This document shows, piece after piece, positions 21,435 through 30,136 of a stretch of DNA of 64,000 nt. Positions within the stretch are counted from its first letter, which is position 1, and every line of letters begins with the position of its first letter. The DNA comes from a virus. The translations under genes and the position numbers were made by a program. The stretch covers positions 1 to 64,000 of the IMG/VR virus record IMGVR_UViG_3300049043_000133; one strand, 5' to 3'. The notes under the pieces are model-generated. The model was not told where the DNA came from. It saw only the letters and a program-made list of their open reading frames with translations, and made no database searches.

Positions 21435-21629
21435 ATGTCACAAACAACACAAGAATTACTGAATGCTATTGAAGCCTGGAAAGTAGAAGATGAAAAATTC
21501 ATTGCCGGTAATAGTTCAGCAGGTACTCGTGCTCGCAAGGCACTGCAAGAAATTGCTAAACTGGTTAAGACCCGTAGAACCGAAATTACGGAAGAAAAGA
21601 ACGCCCGTAAAGAAGCAAAAGCGGGTTGA
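21435..21629 (+). CDS. Histone H1-like Hc1-family DNA-binding protein
   Basis: KF..GNSSAGTRARKAL.E..KL.K..R.E signature. Confidence 0.75.
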   Translation: MSQTTQELLNAIEAWKVEDEKFIAGNSSAGTRARKALQEIAKLVKTRRTEITEEKNARKEAKAG

Positions 21630-21740
21630 CGACTGCCCTAGGGCGCAGTACAATACTCTCATAGGCAACAGGGGTCCAAACTCTGTGTAAGTCCTGCCCC
21701 TCCCATGCCTCTCATAGAAGCACAAACAGGGAGGTCTCTT

Positions 21741-21814
21741 GGGGCAGCAGCATGACGGATCATGCACCATCCTTCTAAGATGTAAGATCGGGGGTTCAAA
21801 TCCCTCCTGCCCTG
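21741..21814 (+). tRNA. tRNA-Arg(UCU)
   Basis: Cloverleaf; anticodon loop cttctaa; ggttcaaatcc T-arm. Confidence 0.85.
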
Positions 21815-21818
21815 CCTT

Positions 21819-21900
21819 GTCGTTGTGGCGGAATTGGTAGACGCGCTGGGTTTAGGTTCCAGTAGAGTATTCTGTGAAGGTTCAAGTCCTTTCAACGACA
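21819..21900 (+). tRNA. tRNA-Leu(UAG)
   Basis: gtcgttg/caacgac acceptor; tttaggt loop; variable arm. Confidence 0.9.
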
Positions 21901-21903
21901 TTG

Positions 21904-21977
21904 GGGAGATTAGTCCAGTTGGTTAGAGTGCACGACTGATAATCGTGAGGTGCCTGGTTCGAGTCCAGGATTTCCCA
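21904..21977 (+). tRNA. tRNA-Ile(GAU)
   Basis: ctgataa loop; ggttcgagtcc. Confidence 0.9.
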
Positions 21978-22017
21978 CTTGACAATTAAATCTTTATGGT
22001 TTATGATTGTCTCATAA

Positions 22018-22089
22018 GCGGAGTTAGTTCAGCGGTAGAACGCTATCCTTCCAAGTTAGATGTCGTCGGTTCGATTCCGATACTCCGCT
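22018..22089 (+). tRNA. tRNA-Gly(UCC)
   Basis: gcggagt/actccgc acceptor; cttccaa loop. Confidence 0.9.
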
Positions 22090-22205
22090 TACCTCTGGTA
22101 GTTCTTAAGGCATCGATAAGGTAGCTGGATACTCTTCGTGATTCAACAGAGTGTGAGAGAAAAAGTGATCATCGGTTCCGTCGACAAGAGCTGCCTTATC
22201 CTTAT

Positions 22206-22277
22206 TCCCCTGTAGCTCAACAGGCAGAGCACGGAGCTGTTAACTCTGGGGTTACAAGTTCGAATCCTGTGGGGGAG
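22206..22277 (+). tRNA. tRNA-Asn(GUU)
   Basis: ctgttaa loop; gttcgaatcc; 3' arm has errors. Confidence 0.8.
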
Positions 22278-22346
22278 TTACCGCATCCGATGCAGTATAA
22301 TCGCAGTAAAGTGTTTATCTGCAGTTGACTGACTCACTACCCACTT

Positions 22347-22416
22347 GGGAGCATAGCACAGAGGTAGCGCGGATGCCTTACAAGATCAGGTCACTGGTTC
22401 GATCCCAGTATTCCCA
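22347..22416 (+). tRNA. tRNA-Val(UAC)
   Basis: cttacaa loop; ggttcgatccc. Confidence 0.75.
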
Positions 22417-22445
22417 CTTACATAAATACCTAAAAAACTGCTATA

Positions 22446-22890
22446 ATGGAAAAACTGTTTAAACTGCTGAAGTGATGCTCAGGCAACACTTTTTGTTTTA
22501 TTTCAGAAAACTTGGATTTATCACTGGGATGTAGTTGGTCCTGATTTTCACCAACTTCACACAGTCTTTGGTGAGCAATACAATCAAATGTTTGAAGAGA
22601 TTGACACTCTCACCGAACATATGAGATACTTGGGTATGAAACCTGTAAGCACTCTTACAAGAATTACAGAAGTCACTCAAATAGAACAGGCATCAAATAG
22701 TGCTCAGGACATTGATGCAATGGAAATGGTAAAGCAACTGAGAGATGACAATCAAAAGATTGTAGAAATCTTTACTGATATTTCAGAAGAAGCAGATCAA
22801 CAAAAACAATTTGCAACTTCTAATTTGGTTCAAACTATTATGGAAACTCACGGGAAGTTTCACTGGATGTTAAGATCGTTTTTAGAATGA
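22446..22890 (+). CDS. dps: Dps/ferritin-like DNA-protection protein (frameshift ~22470)
   Basis: YHWDVVGPDFHQLH..F.EQY...IDTLTEH ferroxidase motif; KFHWML. Confidence 0.85.
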
Positions 22891-22905
22891 TACGGATGAA
22901 AGACA

Positions 22906-23151
22906 ATGATTATCGTAAGATGTAGAGATTGCAATAAAGAAATTGCAAGCACAAATAAAACTCAAGTTTGCGGTTGTTCAAATATGATGACCGTAAGAGG
23001 AGATAATGTATCTGCTGTTGACTTAAGTAGAGTTGTTATGGTAAACTCTACTCAGAAAGAACAAAAGAACGTTCTAACATCACAAGATATTGCCTGGCAA
23101 GAGGCAAGACGCCAACGCAAAGTAAAGCGTTTGGACTTTGAAGTCCGTTGA
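22906..23151 (+). CDS. Small Cys-rich conserved cyanophage protein
   Basis: CRDC...CGCSN; C-terminal RRQRKVKRLDFEVR. Confidence 0.65.
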   Translation: MIIVRCRDCNKEIASTNKTQVCGCSNMMTVRGDNVSAVDLSRVVMVNSTQKEQKNVLTSQDIAWQEARRQRKVKRLDFEVR

Positions 23152-23161
23152 GGACTTGGTT

Positions 23162-23248
23162 GGAGAGACAATCCGATTGGTGACGGAACCGCTCTTGAAA
23201 AGCGTTGAGGTGTTAAAGCCCTTAGGCGTTCGACTCGCCTTCTCTCCG
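23162..23248 (+). tRNA. tRNA-Ser(UGA)
   Basis: cttgaaa loop, long variable arm, gttcgactc. Confidence 0.9.
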
Positions 23249-23347
23249 TTTAATTTAATATTTTCTTAATCACTTTCTTGAAATCAACACAATTGTTGTT
23301 GATTAAAAATATGTAATTAGTATATATTAGTAATATGCATAAATCCC

Positions 23348-23497
23348 ATGGATCAACACACTTATGATAACTGGGTGAAAATTAAAGCAACTTTTGAAGC
23401 ATCTGGTAATACTAATAATATGTTTTATAAGAGAGCGTGTGAAATTGTAAAAACAAAAAGAGATCCTCTCGCAAAGTATCTTGGAGATGAGAAATGA
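23348..23497 (+). CDS. Small hypothetical protein
   Basis: MDQHTYDNWVKIKATFEASGNTNNMFYKRA... Confidence 0.6.
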   Translation: MDQHTYDNWVKIKATFEASGNTNNMFYKRACEIVKTKRDPLAKYLGDEK

Positions 23498-23676
23498 TGC
23501 ACGAACAGGATGAACTTGTAAGTCGTTCTGAAGTTCAGGAAATGATCAAACAATCTATTTCAACTGCAATTAAAAATCATGAGATTCGTGTGGGATGGAT
23601 TAGTGGAATTATCGGAGCATTTTTTGTTTTTGGCATTATTCATTCAATATGGTTAATGAAGAATTTGATTCGGTAA
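23494..23676 (+). CDS. Small membrane protein
   Basis: One C-terminal TM helix; coupled to the upstream stop. Confidence 0.55.
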   Translation: MMHEQDELVSRSEVQEMIKQSISTAIKNHEIRVGWISGIIGAFFVFGIIHSIWLMKNLIR

Positions 23677-23677
23677 A

Positions 23678-23965
23678 ATGGAAATTTTTTATTTCATTCC
23701 TTTTATTATTTTATTACTGATTGCAGCATCTATGGTAATACAGGGTTGGATGGTCGTTCACGAATCGCACGGGTATCGTGAAAATCCAAAGGTTAAAGGT
23801 CATCCAGAAATGAAAGGAGTTAAAAAAGGAGACGGACTTATGGTCGTAAATTTCGATAACATGCCAAATGATGATTATAATGAACTATATAATCGTATTC
23901 AAAAATTAAAAATGGAAGAATTATTTGAAGAACCCTCTAAGTACGAAGATGAAGAAAATGACTAA
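23678..23965 (+). CDS. Membrane protein, DUF2973-like
   Basis: N-terminal TM; HPEM...G..L.VV.F motif. Confidence 0.55.
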   Translation: MEIFYFIPFIILLLIAASMVIQGWMVVHESHGYRENPKVKGHPEMKGVKKGDGLMVVNFDNMPNDDYNELYNRIQKLKMEELFEEPSKYEDEEND

Positions 23966-24162
23966 AGTATTCATATCAACAATTTTGCTTCTTGGTTCAA
24001 TTGGATTGTTTATAATCTGGGGTGTTTCGCACGCATATCCACAATGATTTTTCACATCGTAGAAGCACTTGCATCAAGTCCAATCTGGTTGGGACTTTGC
24101 GGAGCAGGCTTGACAGTCGTTCCAATCCTGGGTATAATGCTTATACATTCAAAAAACAACAA

Positions 24163-24235
24163 CGGGGTGTAAGTCAGCGGTAGACGGCTTGCTTTGGGAG
24201 CAAGAAGACACTGGTTCGAATCCCAGTCACCCCGA
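24163..24235 (+). tRNA. tRNA-Pro(UGG)
   Basis: cggggtg/caccccg acceptor; tttggga loop. Confidence 0.9.
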
Positions 24236-24251
24236 TCATAAAACTCACTTT

Positions 24252-24488
24252 ATGAAAAAAATGAATCAAGAAATCAACGAACTTCAGTCATTTACAATCG
24301 AAGAGTTTCAGGCAGATTTTGATAATCTGATAGAAAAAGTTCAAAATGGAGAATCGTTTTTGATAAAAAGTGAGCACGGAAATGCTATAATGGTTCCTTA
24401 CAATGAAGTCATACGAATATGTGAGGAATCAAATGTGGATTTTGAAGAGATAGTTAAAATTCACACAGATCACGAAGAAGGTTCGTGA
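24252..24488 (+). CDS. Phd/YefM antitoxin-like protein
   Basis: FTIEEFQADFDNLIEKV.NGE.FLI...G.A.MVP pattern. Confidence 0.55.
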   Translation: MKKMNQEINELQSFTIEEFQADFDNLIEKVQNGESFLIKSEHGNAIMVPYNEVIRICEESNVDFEEIVKIHTDHEEGS

Positions 24489-24496
24489 TATTTTAA

Positions 24497-24588
24497 GCGA
24501 GTGAGACTTGGTAGTCAGAGCGAGTCTTATAAACTCTTTCCGCCAGATTAGCGGCTCTGAGGTTGGTTCCCAGTGTCACCTACTCAGT
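24497..24588 (+). tRNA. Atypical tRNA-like RNA, UAU anticodon, long variable arm
   Basis: gact-tggt-agtc D arm; gagt-cttataa-actc; ccgc/gcgg variable arm; 3' end garbled. Confidence 0.5.
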
Positions 24589-24637
24589 ATTAACTACATA
24601 ACTATTAATAAATAGTTATGAGTTATTTACAACTAAT

Positions 24638-25030
24638 ATGCCGAGAAAAGAAAAACTTCTGCACGAATTGCGATTAAATACTGTAGAGTATTAACGCAAC
24701 TGCTACGAGACAAACTTATATAATGATCTAACAGAATACAAAGCAAGAACACTATGCGAATAAACAAAATAAGATGCATTGAATATCTAAATAGAAAACT
24801 TGTAAATTAGAGATAGAAGACCAATGATTCTCCTTAAAGTTTATGCTTGAAGCGAGTATCATCCAACTTGTTGCATGGATCGTGCATCGTTTGAAATCCT
24901 AATCTGTAATAGAAAAACAAGTTATCTAAAATGATTGAAGCAGACCTCTAGATGGATCTAAAATCGATACAAGAGATAATGTAAGAGTTTTGCGTCCTAA
25001 CTGCCATGCTTTAACAATACCATCGTTAAA
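24638..25030 (+). pseudogene. HNH endonuclease remnant, or error-ridden gene, between tRNAs
   Basis: gataatgtaagagttttgcgtcctaactgccatgct reads N.RVL.PNCHA, a typical HNH C-terminus; hairpin/late-promoter leader. Confidence 0.5.
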
Positions 25031-25069
25031 ATACACGCTGGTATATAAACAAGGAGCAATTGAAACAAT

Positions 25070-25144
25070 GCTCGTTTACCCATCTGGTTGAAGGCAACCG
25101 ATCTCATAAATCGGCAGAGGTGAGTTCGATCCACGCAACGGGCA
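25070..25144 (+). tRNA. tRNA-Met(CAU) or Ile2
   Basis: ccgat-ctcataa-atcgg anticodon arm; gttcgatcc. Confidence 0.8.
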
Positions 25145-25196
25145 CTTGACAGAATCCCTGTCATCCCCTATAATACATAGGTCAACATTCAAAACA

Positions 25197-25412
25197 ATGA
25201 CTCTCACAGCAAAATTCAAGAAAGACGTTCAAACCCTTCGTGGTGCAGCAAATGGTGATTTCTACCTTGATGTAAAGAATCCGAAACTTTTTAAAAAGGT
25301 TCGTCGTTTTTATGAGCAAGAAGGTGTAGTATTCTCTGGTGATCCTTTGGATGACTATGAGATTCTTATGGAATACGTTCTTGCCGATCTTGAAACTGTT
25401 GAGGTTGCTTAG
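25197..25412 (+). CDS. Conserved cyanophage hypothetical protein
   Basis: LDVKNPKLFKKVRR...GVVFSGDPLDDY; TTGACA...TATAAT promoter upstream. Confidence 0.65.
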   Translation: MTLTAKFKKDVQTLRGAANGDFYLDVKNPKLFKKVRRFYEQEGVVFSGDPLDDYEILMEYVLADLETVEVA

Positions 25413-25415
25413 TTA

Positions 25416-25820
25416 AATAGTCACGGAGAGACTTAAAAAGTACTGGTCGGGAGCAAACCCCTAATGTCTAAAGCAAGTATCTTAAGATATCTTGGCAACC
25501 TTCTCCTCATTATTGGTTATCAAACTATGCTATGGGGAGATTTTAAATATGGTTTATTGGTTAAATGTGTTGGGGGATTACTCACAGTACCTTTTGCTAT
25601 TAAACTTAAACTCTGGGATGTATTATTCCTATGTGCTTTCTTTGGTATTTCCGAGATATCAAAGGTTGTACAACTTTTCCTAGTTCAGTCAAACTAGGTG
25701 GTGGATCCAATGACCCCCTTATGTCCTCGTCGGATTGGACATTAAATATGCCGACTGGTGTGGATGGGGAAACTCCCGCCTGGTTTCCAATTTCCAGTCA
25801 AAGAATTGGTGGCGTGCATG
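25416..25820 (+). ncRNA. manA/wcaG-like modular structured RNA, interrupted by an ORF
   Basis: Repeated tttc-stem-gtggyg modules and tggtgtggatgggg..cccgcc; upstream of a nucleotide-sugar epimerase, as for the cyanophage manA/wcaG motifs. Confidence 0.6.
25464..25697 (+). CDS. Small three-TM membrane protein
   Basis: 77 aa hydrophobic ORF. Confidence 0.65.
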   Translation: MSKASILRYLGNLLLIIGYQTMLWGDFKYGLLVKCVGGLLTVPFAIKLKLWDVLFLCAFFGISEISKVVQLFLVQSN

Positions 25821-25894
25821 AAAGACCTGATGAGAGGAGTTGCATAAACTCCTCTTTTTTGTATAATACATACTATAGACATATTCATTAATCT

Positions 25895-26962
25895 ATGAGT
25901 GATTATAAGAAAACAGCACTTGTACTTGGTGCTGGTGGCTTTATTGGAAGTCATATGGTAAAACGTCTACGTTCCGAAGGTTATTGGGTGCGTGGAGTTG
26001 ACCTTAAGTATCCAGAATATTCTGTTAGTGAAGCAAACGAATTTATTCTCGGTGATTTGCGTGATGTAAATTTTGTTCGTCGTTGCATTCGTTTTACTGG
26101 ATATCTTGGTAATTTTTATCAGCAGATTGTTGATAAGTTTGCACAACCATTTGATGAGATCTATCAGTTTGCTGCTGATATGGGTGGTGCAGGATTTGTT
26201 TTCACTGGTGAGAATGATGCAGACATTATGCACAACTCTGTGACAATTAACTTAAATGTCTTGGATGAACAGCGTAAACTAAATGAAGATAAAGGTGTAA
26301 ATAATACCAAAATCTTTTATTCTGGTTCTGCTTGCATGTATCCAGAGCATAACCAATTAGATCCTGACAATCCTGATTGCCGTGAAGAATCTGCATACCC
26401 AGCAAACCCAGACTCCGAATATGGATGGGAAAAACTCTTCTCTGAACGTCTATACTTTGCTTACAACCGTAATTATGGCATCCCTGTTAGGGTTGCTCGG
26501 TATCACAATATTTTTGGACCTGAGGGAACGTGGAAAGGTGGACGCGAAAAAGCCCCTGCAGCAATGTGTCGTAAAGTAGCAGAACTTGGTGTTCTTGGTG
26601 GTGAGATTGAAGTTTGGGGAGATGGCAATCAAACTCGTTCATTCCTTTATATTGATGAGTGTATTGAAGCAACTCGTCGTCTGATGGATTCTGATTTTAT
26701 TGGTCCAGTTAATATTGGTTCCGAAGAAATGGTAACAATCAATCGACTCGTAGATACTGTTGCTAAAGTTTCTGGAAAGTCTGTAGAGAAAAAACATATC
26801 AACGGACCTTTGGGAGTTCGAGGTCGTAATTCTAATAATGATTTGATTCGTGAAAAATTAGGATGGGACTATTCTCAAAGTCTTGAAGAAGGAATTTGTA
26901 AAACTTACGAGTGGATTAATTCTCAAGTTTATAAAGATACTATAATGTATCATCCAGTTTGA
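25895..26962 (+). CDS. GDP-mannose 3,5-epimerase-like SDR
   Basis: GAGGFIG, FAADMGGAGF, SACMYP, YGWEK, GGREKAPAA. Confidence 0.9.
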   Translation: MSDYKKTALVLGAGGFIGSHMVKRLRSEGYWVRGVDLKYPEYSVSEANEFILGDLRDVNFVRRCIRFTGYLGNFYQQIVDKFAQPFDEIYQFAADMGGAGFVFTGENDADIMHNSVTINLNVLDEQRKLNEDKGVNNTKIFYSGSACMYPEHNQLDPDNPDCREESAYPANPDSEYGWEKLFSERLYFAYNRNYGIPVRVARYHNIFGPEGTWKGGREKAPAAMCRKVAELGVLGGEIEVWGDGNQTRSFLYIDECIEATRRLMDSDFIGPVNIGSEEMVTINRLVDTVAKVSGKSVEKKHINGPLGVRGRNSNNDLIREKLGWDYSQSLEEGICKTYEWINSQVYKDTIMYHPV

Positions 26963-26963
26963 T

Positions 26964-27866
26964 ATGGTAGTATATAAATTTTTGAATGACTGTTCTGAAA
27001 TAAACAAAGATAAGTTCAAGACAGAAAATTGGTATTTAATGAATTGGGGAATGGGGGATGCAATTGATGCAACTCTTTTTCTTGAATCAAATTCACCAGT
27101 TTCTTATAAAATTCTATGCAGACCTGGAATTTTTAATGGAATTAAATTTGTTTTAGATAACTTTATATCTAATCCAAAATGTAAAGTTGTTGAAGTTTTT
27201 CCTTTGGAAACAGGATATCCTATTCCTGAGGAAGAAGTTGTTATGTCCAAACATGGGTTTTATCCCCAAGATTTGAATATTTTAAATAATGCTCATAATA
27301 TTGGACAACTCAAAGTATGTCATATGGCACCAAAAATGTGGTCTGTTCTTCAAAATCTTCAAGGTGCAGGAATCCTTTCAAATATAGAAACATATTCAAA
27401 TATAAAAAAAGATATTGAAGAAAAAACTTGCATTCTTTTTCCTGAAAGAGGAGATAGTTATCAACTAGATGATTCTTTTTGGAATAATATTGTTGATAAA
27501 ATGAAAGCGAAAGGATATAAAGTAATTGTAAATTGGACTAGTAAAACAAATGTGTTTACTAACCAAAAGATCTTTCAAGGCACTGAAAGGTTGGATAAAT
27601 TAGAACTTCAAGATCTTTTAGATTATTTGGTTCGCCATAAAAATTTGGTGACCATTGGTCAAATATCTGGTATTTTTGTTTTACTTAAATATTTTGAATT
27701 TTTGAAAATTGCTTTTTTTGTTGATTATAATGATCCTAAAATGAAAGATCCAACAAGAGCATTATATGAATCTTGTAGTCTTGCAGATGGTCTTTATACA
27801 AAAAATATGATAGAATTTAAATTATCAGAATTTAATATTAATCAACTTGATCTAGTAGTTCCATGA
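26964..27866 (+). CDS. Putative GT-B-like glycosyltransferase
   Basis: GMGD N-terminal motif as in GT9-like proteins; island context. Confidence 0.45.
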   Translation: MVVYKFLNDCSEINKDKFKTENWYLMNWGMGDAIDATLFLESNSPVSYKILCRPGIFNGIKFVLDNFISNPKCKVVEVFPLETGYPIPEEEVVMSKHGFYPQDLNILNNAHNIGQLKVCHMAPKMWSVLQNLQGAGILSNIETYSNIKKDIEEKTCILFPERGDSYQLDDSFWNNIVDKMKAKGYKVIVNWTSKTNVFTNQKIFQGTERLDKLELQDLLDYLVRHKNLVTIGQISGIFVLLKYFEFLKIAFFVDYNDPKMKDPTRALYESCSLADGLYTKNMIEFKLSEFNINQLDLVVP

Positions 27867-28666
27867 AAACAAAATTTAATTTAGTTGGAAATACTTTTAC
27901 TCATTTAACAAATGGAAACAAAGGATATTCTGTTCATGGTAAAGAGTCTAAGTATATTGAATGGGTAAGTGATGGGACGGGGGAGGCAACATTCTATATT
28001 GATAGCACTCTCGCTCAAGCACAAATTGATAATGTCTCAGGCCCGAAGTATGGATGGCTTTTAGAATCTCAATACATTACCCCACAAATTGTAGAGTCCG
28101 TTAAAAAATTTCCAGAAAAATATCTAGAAATATTTGATGTAATTTTTACACATAATCAAGAACTTTTAAAAATTGATTCTAAATTTAAATGGGTTCCTGC
28201 TCAAGGATTTTGGATTAAAGATCCTAAGATCTATGAAAAAACTAAAGTGATTTCTATGATTGCTTCAAATAAACAAATGTGTGAAGGCCACAGACTTCGC
28301 CTTGAATGGGTCCAAAGACTTTGGGGCCAAGTTGATCTTTATGGTCGGGGATTTAAGGAAATTGCAGATAAAGAAGAAGGATTATGTGATTATATGTTTT
28401 CTGTTGCTATTGAAAATGGTCAATATGAAACATATTTTACAGAGAAACTTTTAGATTGTTTTGCTACTGGAACTATTCCTGTTTATCTTGGTGCTCCCGA
28501 TATTGGAAAATACTTTAATAAGGATGGTATCATTGATCTAAGTGAAGAGTTTGATGTTTCTGACGAAATATATTATAATAAAATGGATGCAATTAAAGAA
28601 AATCTTGAAAAAGCAAAAGAGATGGAAGTCCTGGAAGATTTTATTTTTACTCAGTATTTGAAATAA
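27863..28666 (+). CDS. GT10 fucosyltransferase-like protein
   Basis: FSVAIEN....YFTEK...GTIPVYLG. Confidence 0.8.
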   Translation: MKTKFNLVGNTFTHLTNGNKGYSVHGKESKYIEWVSDGTGEATFYIDSTLAQAQIDNVSGPKYGWLLESQYITPQIVESVKKFPEKYLEIFDVIFTHNQELLKIDSKFKWVPAQGFWIKDPKIYEKTKVISMIASNKQMCEGHRLRLEWVQRLWGQVDLYGRGFKEIADKEEGLCDYMFSVAIENGQYETYFTEKLLDCFATGTIPVYLGAPDIGKYFNKDGIIDLSEEFDVSDEIYYNKMDAIKENLEKAKEMEVLEDFIFTQYLK

Positions 28667-28667
28667 A

Positions 28668-29288
28668 ATGATTGATAACTATAGTAAAACTCAAGATGGT
28701 ATAATCTATCAGGTTGAAAGAAAACCTTTTGATTATACTGGTGCATATAATAATTATTATAAAGAAATTCAAGATTCAACAAGATACACATCTTATTTGA
28801 GATTGGGATATATTGTTGGTAGTATTGGATATACTCCAAAAAGTATTTTGGATGTTGGTTATGGAACAGGAGCGTTTTTGCAGGCTTGTGAAACGGAGGT
28901 AAAAGAAAGATATGGACATGATATTTCTGGATGGGAAGTGCCATCTGGATGTACATTTGTAGATAACATTTTAGAAAGTCATTATGATGTTATTACATTT
29001 TTTGATTCTTTAGAACATATGCATGACATTGAATTTGTTAAAGATCTGAATTGTAATTATGTTTGTATATCTGTTCCTGATTGTCATTATTTTGACGATG
29101 AATGGTTTGATAGTTGGAAACATAAAAAACCAGATGAACATCTTTGGCATTTTAATAAAAACTCTCTGAAATCTTTTATGAACAGAATGGGATATTCCGT
29201 AGTCAACATGTGTAATTTGGAGGATATTACACGAATTAATAATCAAGAATATACAAATATTCTTACTGGTGTTTTTAAAAAAGTATGA
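28668..29288 (+). CDS. Class I SAM-dependent methyltransferase
   Basis: ILDVGYGTG, FDSLEH, EHLWHF. Confidence 0.85.
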   Translation: MIDNYSKTQDGIIYQVERKPFDYTGAYNNYYKEIQDSTRYTSYLRLGYIVGSIGYTPKSILDVGYGTGAFLQACETEVKERYGHDISGWEVPSGCTFVDNILESHYDVITFFDSLEHMHDIEFVKDLNCNYVCISVPDCHYFDDEWFDSWKHKKPDEHLWHFNKNSLKSFMNRMGYSVVNMCNLEDITRINNQEYTNILTGVFKKV

Positions 29289-30136
29289 ATAAGAAAATTG
29301 CAGTGACAACATGGGTCACGGATGATTACTGTGACTTTATTGGTGTAGAAGAACTTAAAAATTCTTTTAAATATTTTCATCCAGATGTTGACTTCTTCGT
29401 ATTTGATACAAAGATGACTGAAGAAGCAAAACAAAAAGACCCTTGGTTAAATCCAGTATGGATGATGCCACCTAGTTGTCTTCCTTTTGTTGATGAATAT
29501 GATATGGTTGTGCATATTGATGGGGATTGTGTTGTCACTGGACCTCTTACTGAATTGTTCGAAAGCACCGAAGATCTAATAGGAGTTAGAAATAATAATT
29601 CTTTTAACAAAGCAAGTTCTCATAAAGGTATTACAATCGCACATCTTCCTCCCTATGGTCAAGGGCATCTTATCCCAGTTCAAAATTTTATTAATGCTGG
29701 ACTAATAGCATCAAATAATAAAGAGTTTTGGTATGAATGGCATGAATTAAATCACCAAGCATATAAAATTAAGACAGAAGTAAATCCATATTTCCATGGT
29801 CTCGGTGATGAACAAGATACTCTAAACCAAATATTTCATAGTGGTAAGTATTCGTCAAAAATTATTGATGCAATCGGAACTGGATTATCTTATGGATTAT
29901 GTAATACTTGGGGAGATCAAACTCATTGGGATAGTTGGGATCATCTTTATGTTGAAAATGGTGAATTGTATCTTGACGATCCTGTAGATAATGCTAAAAT
30001 GAAAGTAAAGGTTTTGCACCAAGCAGGTGGGTCTTTGGCAGGAGAGTTAAATAGAAAGCATGGAACATTTAGAAATTGGTTAAAGTCTACCCTAAAGGGA
30101 GATGTTCTTAATTACGTAAATAAGGTATCAAAATGA
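29285..30136 (+). CDS. GT-A glycosyltransferase (GT8-like)
   Basis: IDGD, INAGL, EQDTLN. Confidence 0.75.
   Translation: MNKKIAVTTWVTDDYCDFIGVEELKNSFKYFHPDVDFFVFDTKMTEEAKQKDPWLNPVWMMPPSCLPFVDEYDMVVHIDGDCVVTGPLTELFESTEDLIGVRNNNSFNKASSHKGITIAHLPPYGQGHLIPVQNFINAGLIASNNKEFWYEWHELNHQAYKIKTEVNPYFHGLGDEQDTLNQIFHSGKYSSKIIDAIGTGLSYGLCNTWGDQTHWDSWDHLYVENGELYLDDPVDNAKMKVKVLHQAGGSLAGELNRKHGTFRNWLKSTLKGDVLNYVNKVSK

Noticed and set aside
21490-21901. ORFs overlapping the tRNA genes
   Set aside because: Spurious translations of tRNA and leader sequence.
22090-22345. Possible extra tRNAs at ~22092-22200 and ~22280-22345
   Set aside because: Only tRNA-like fragments; the sequence is too garbled to fold or to assign anticodons.
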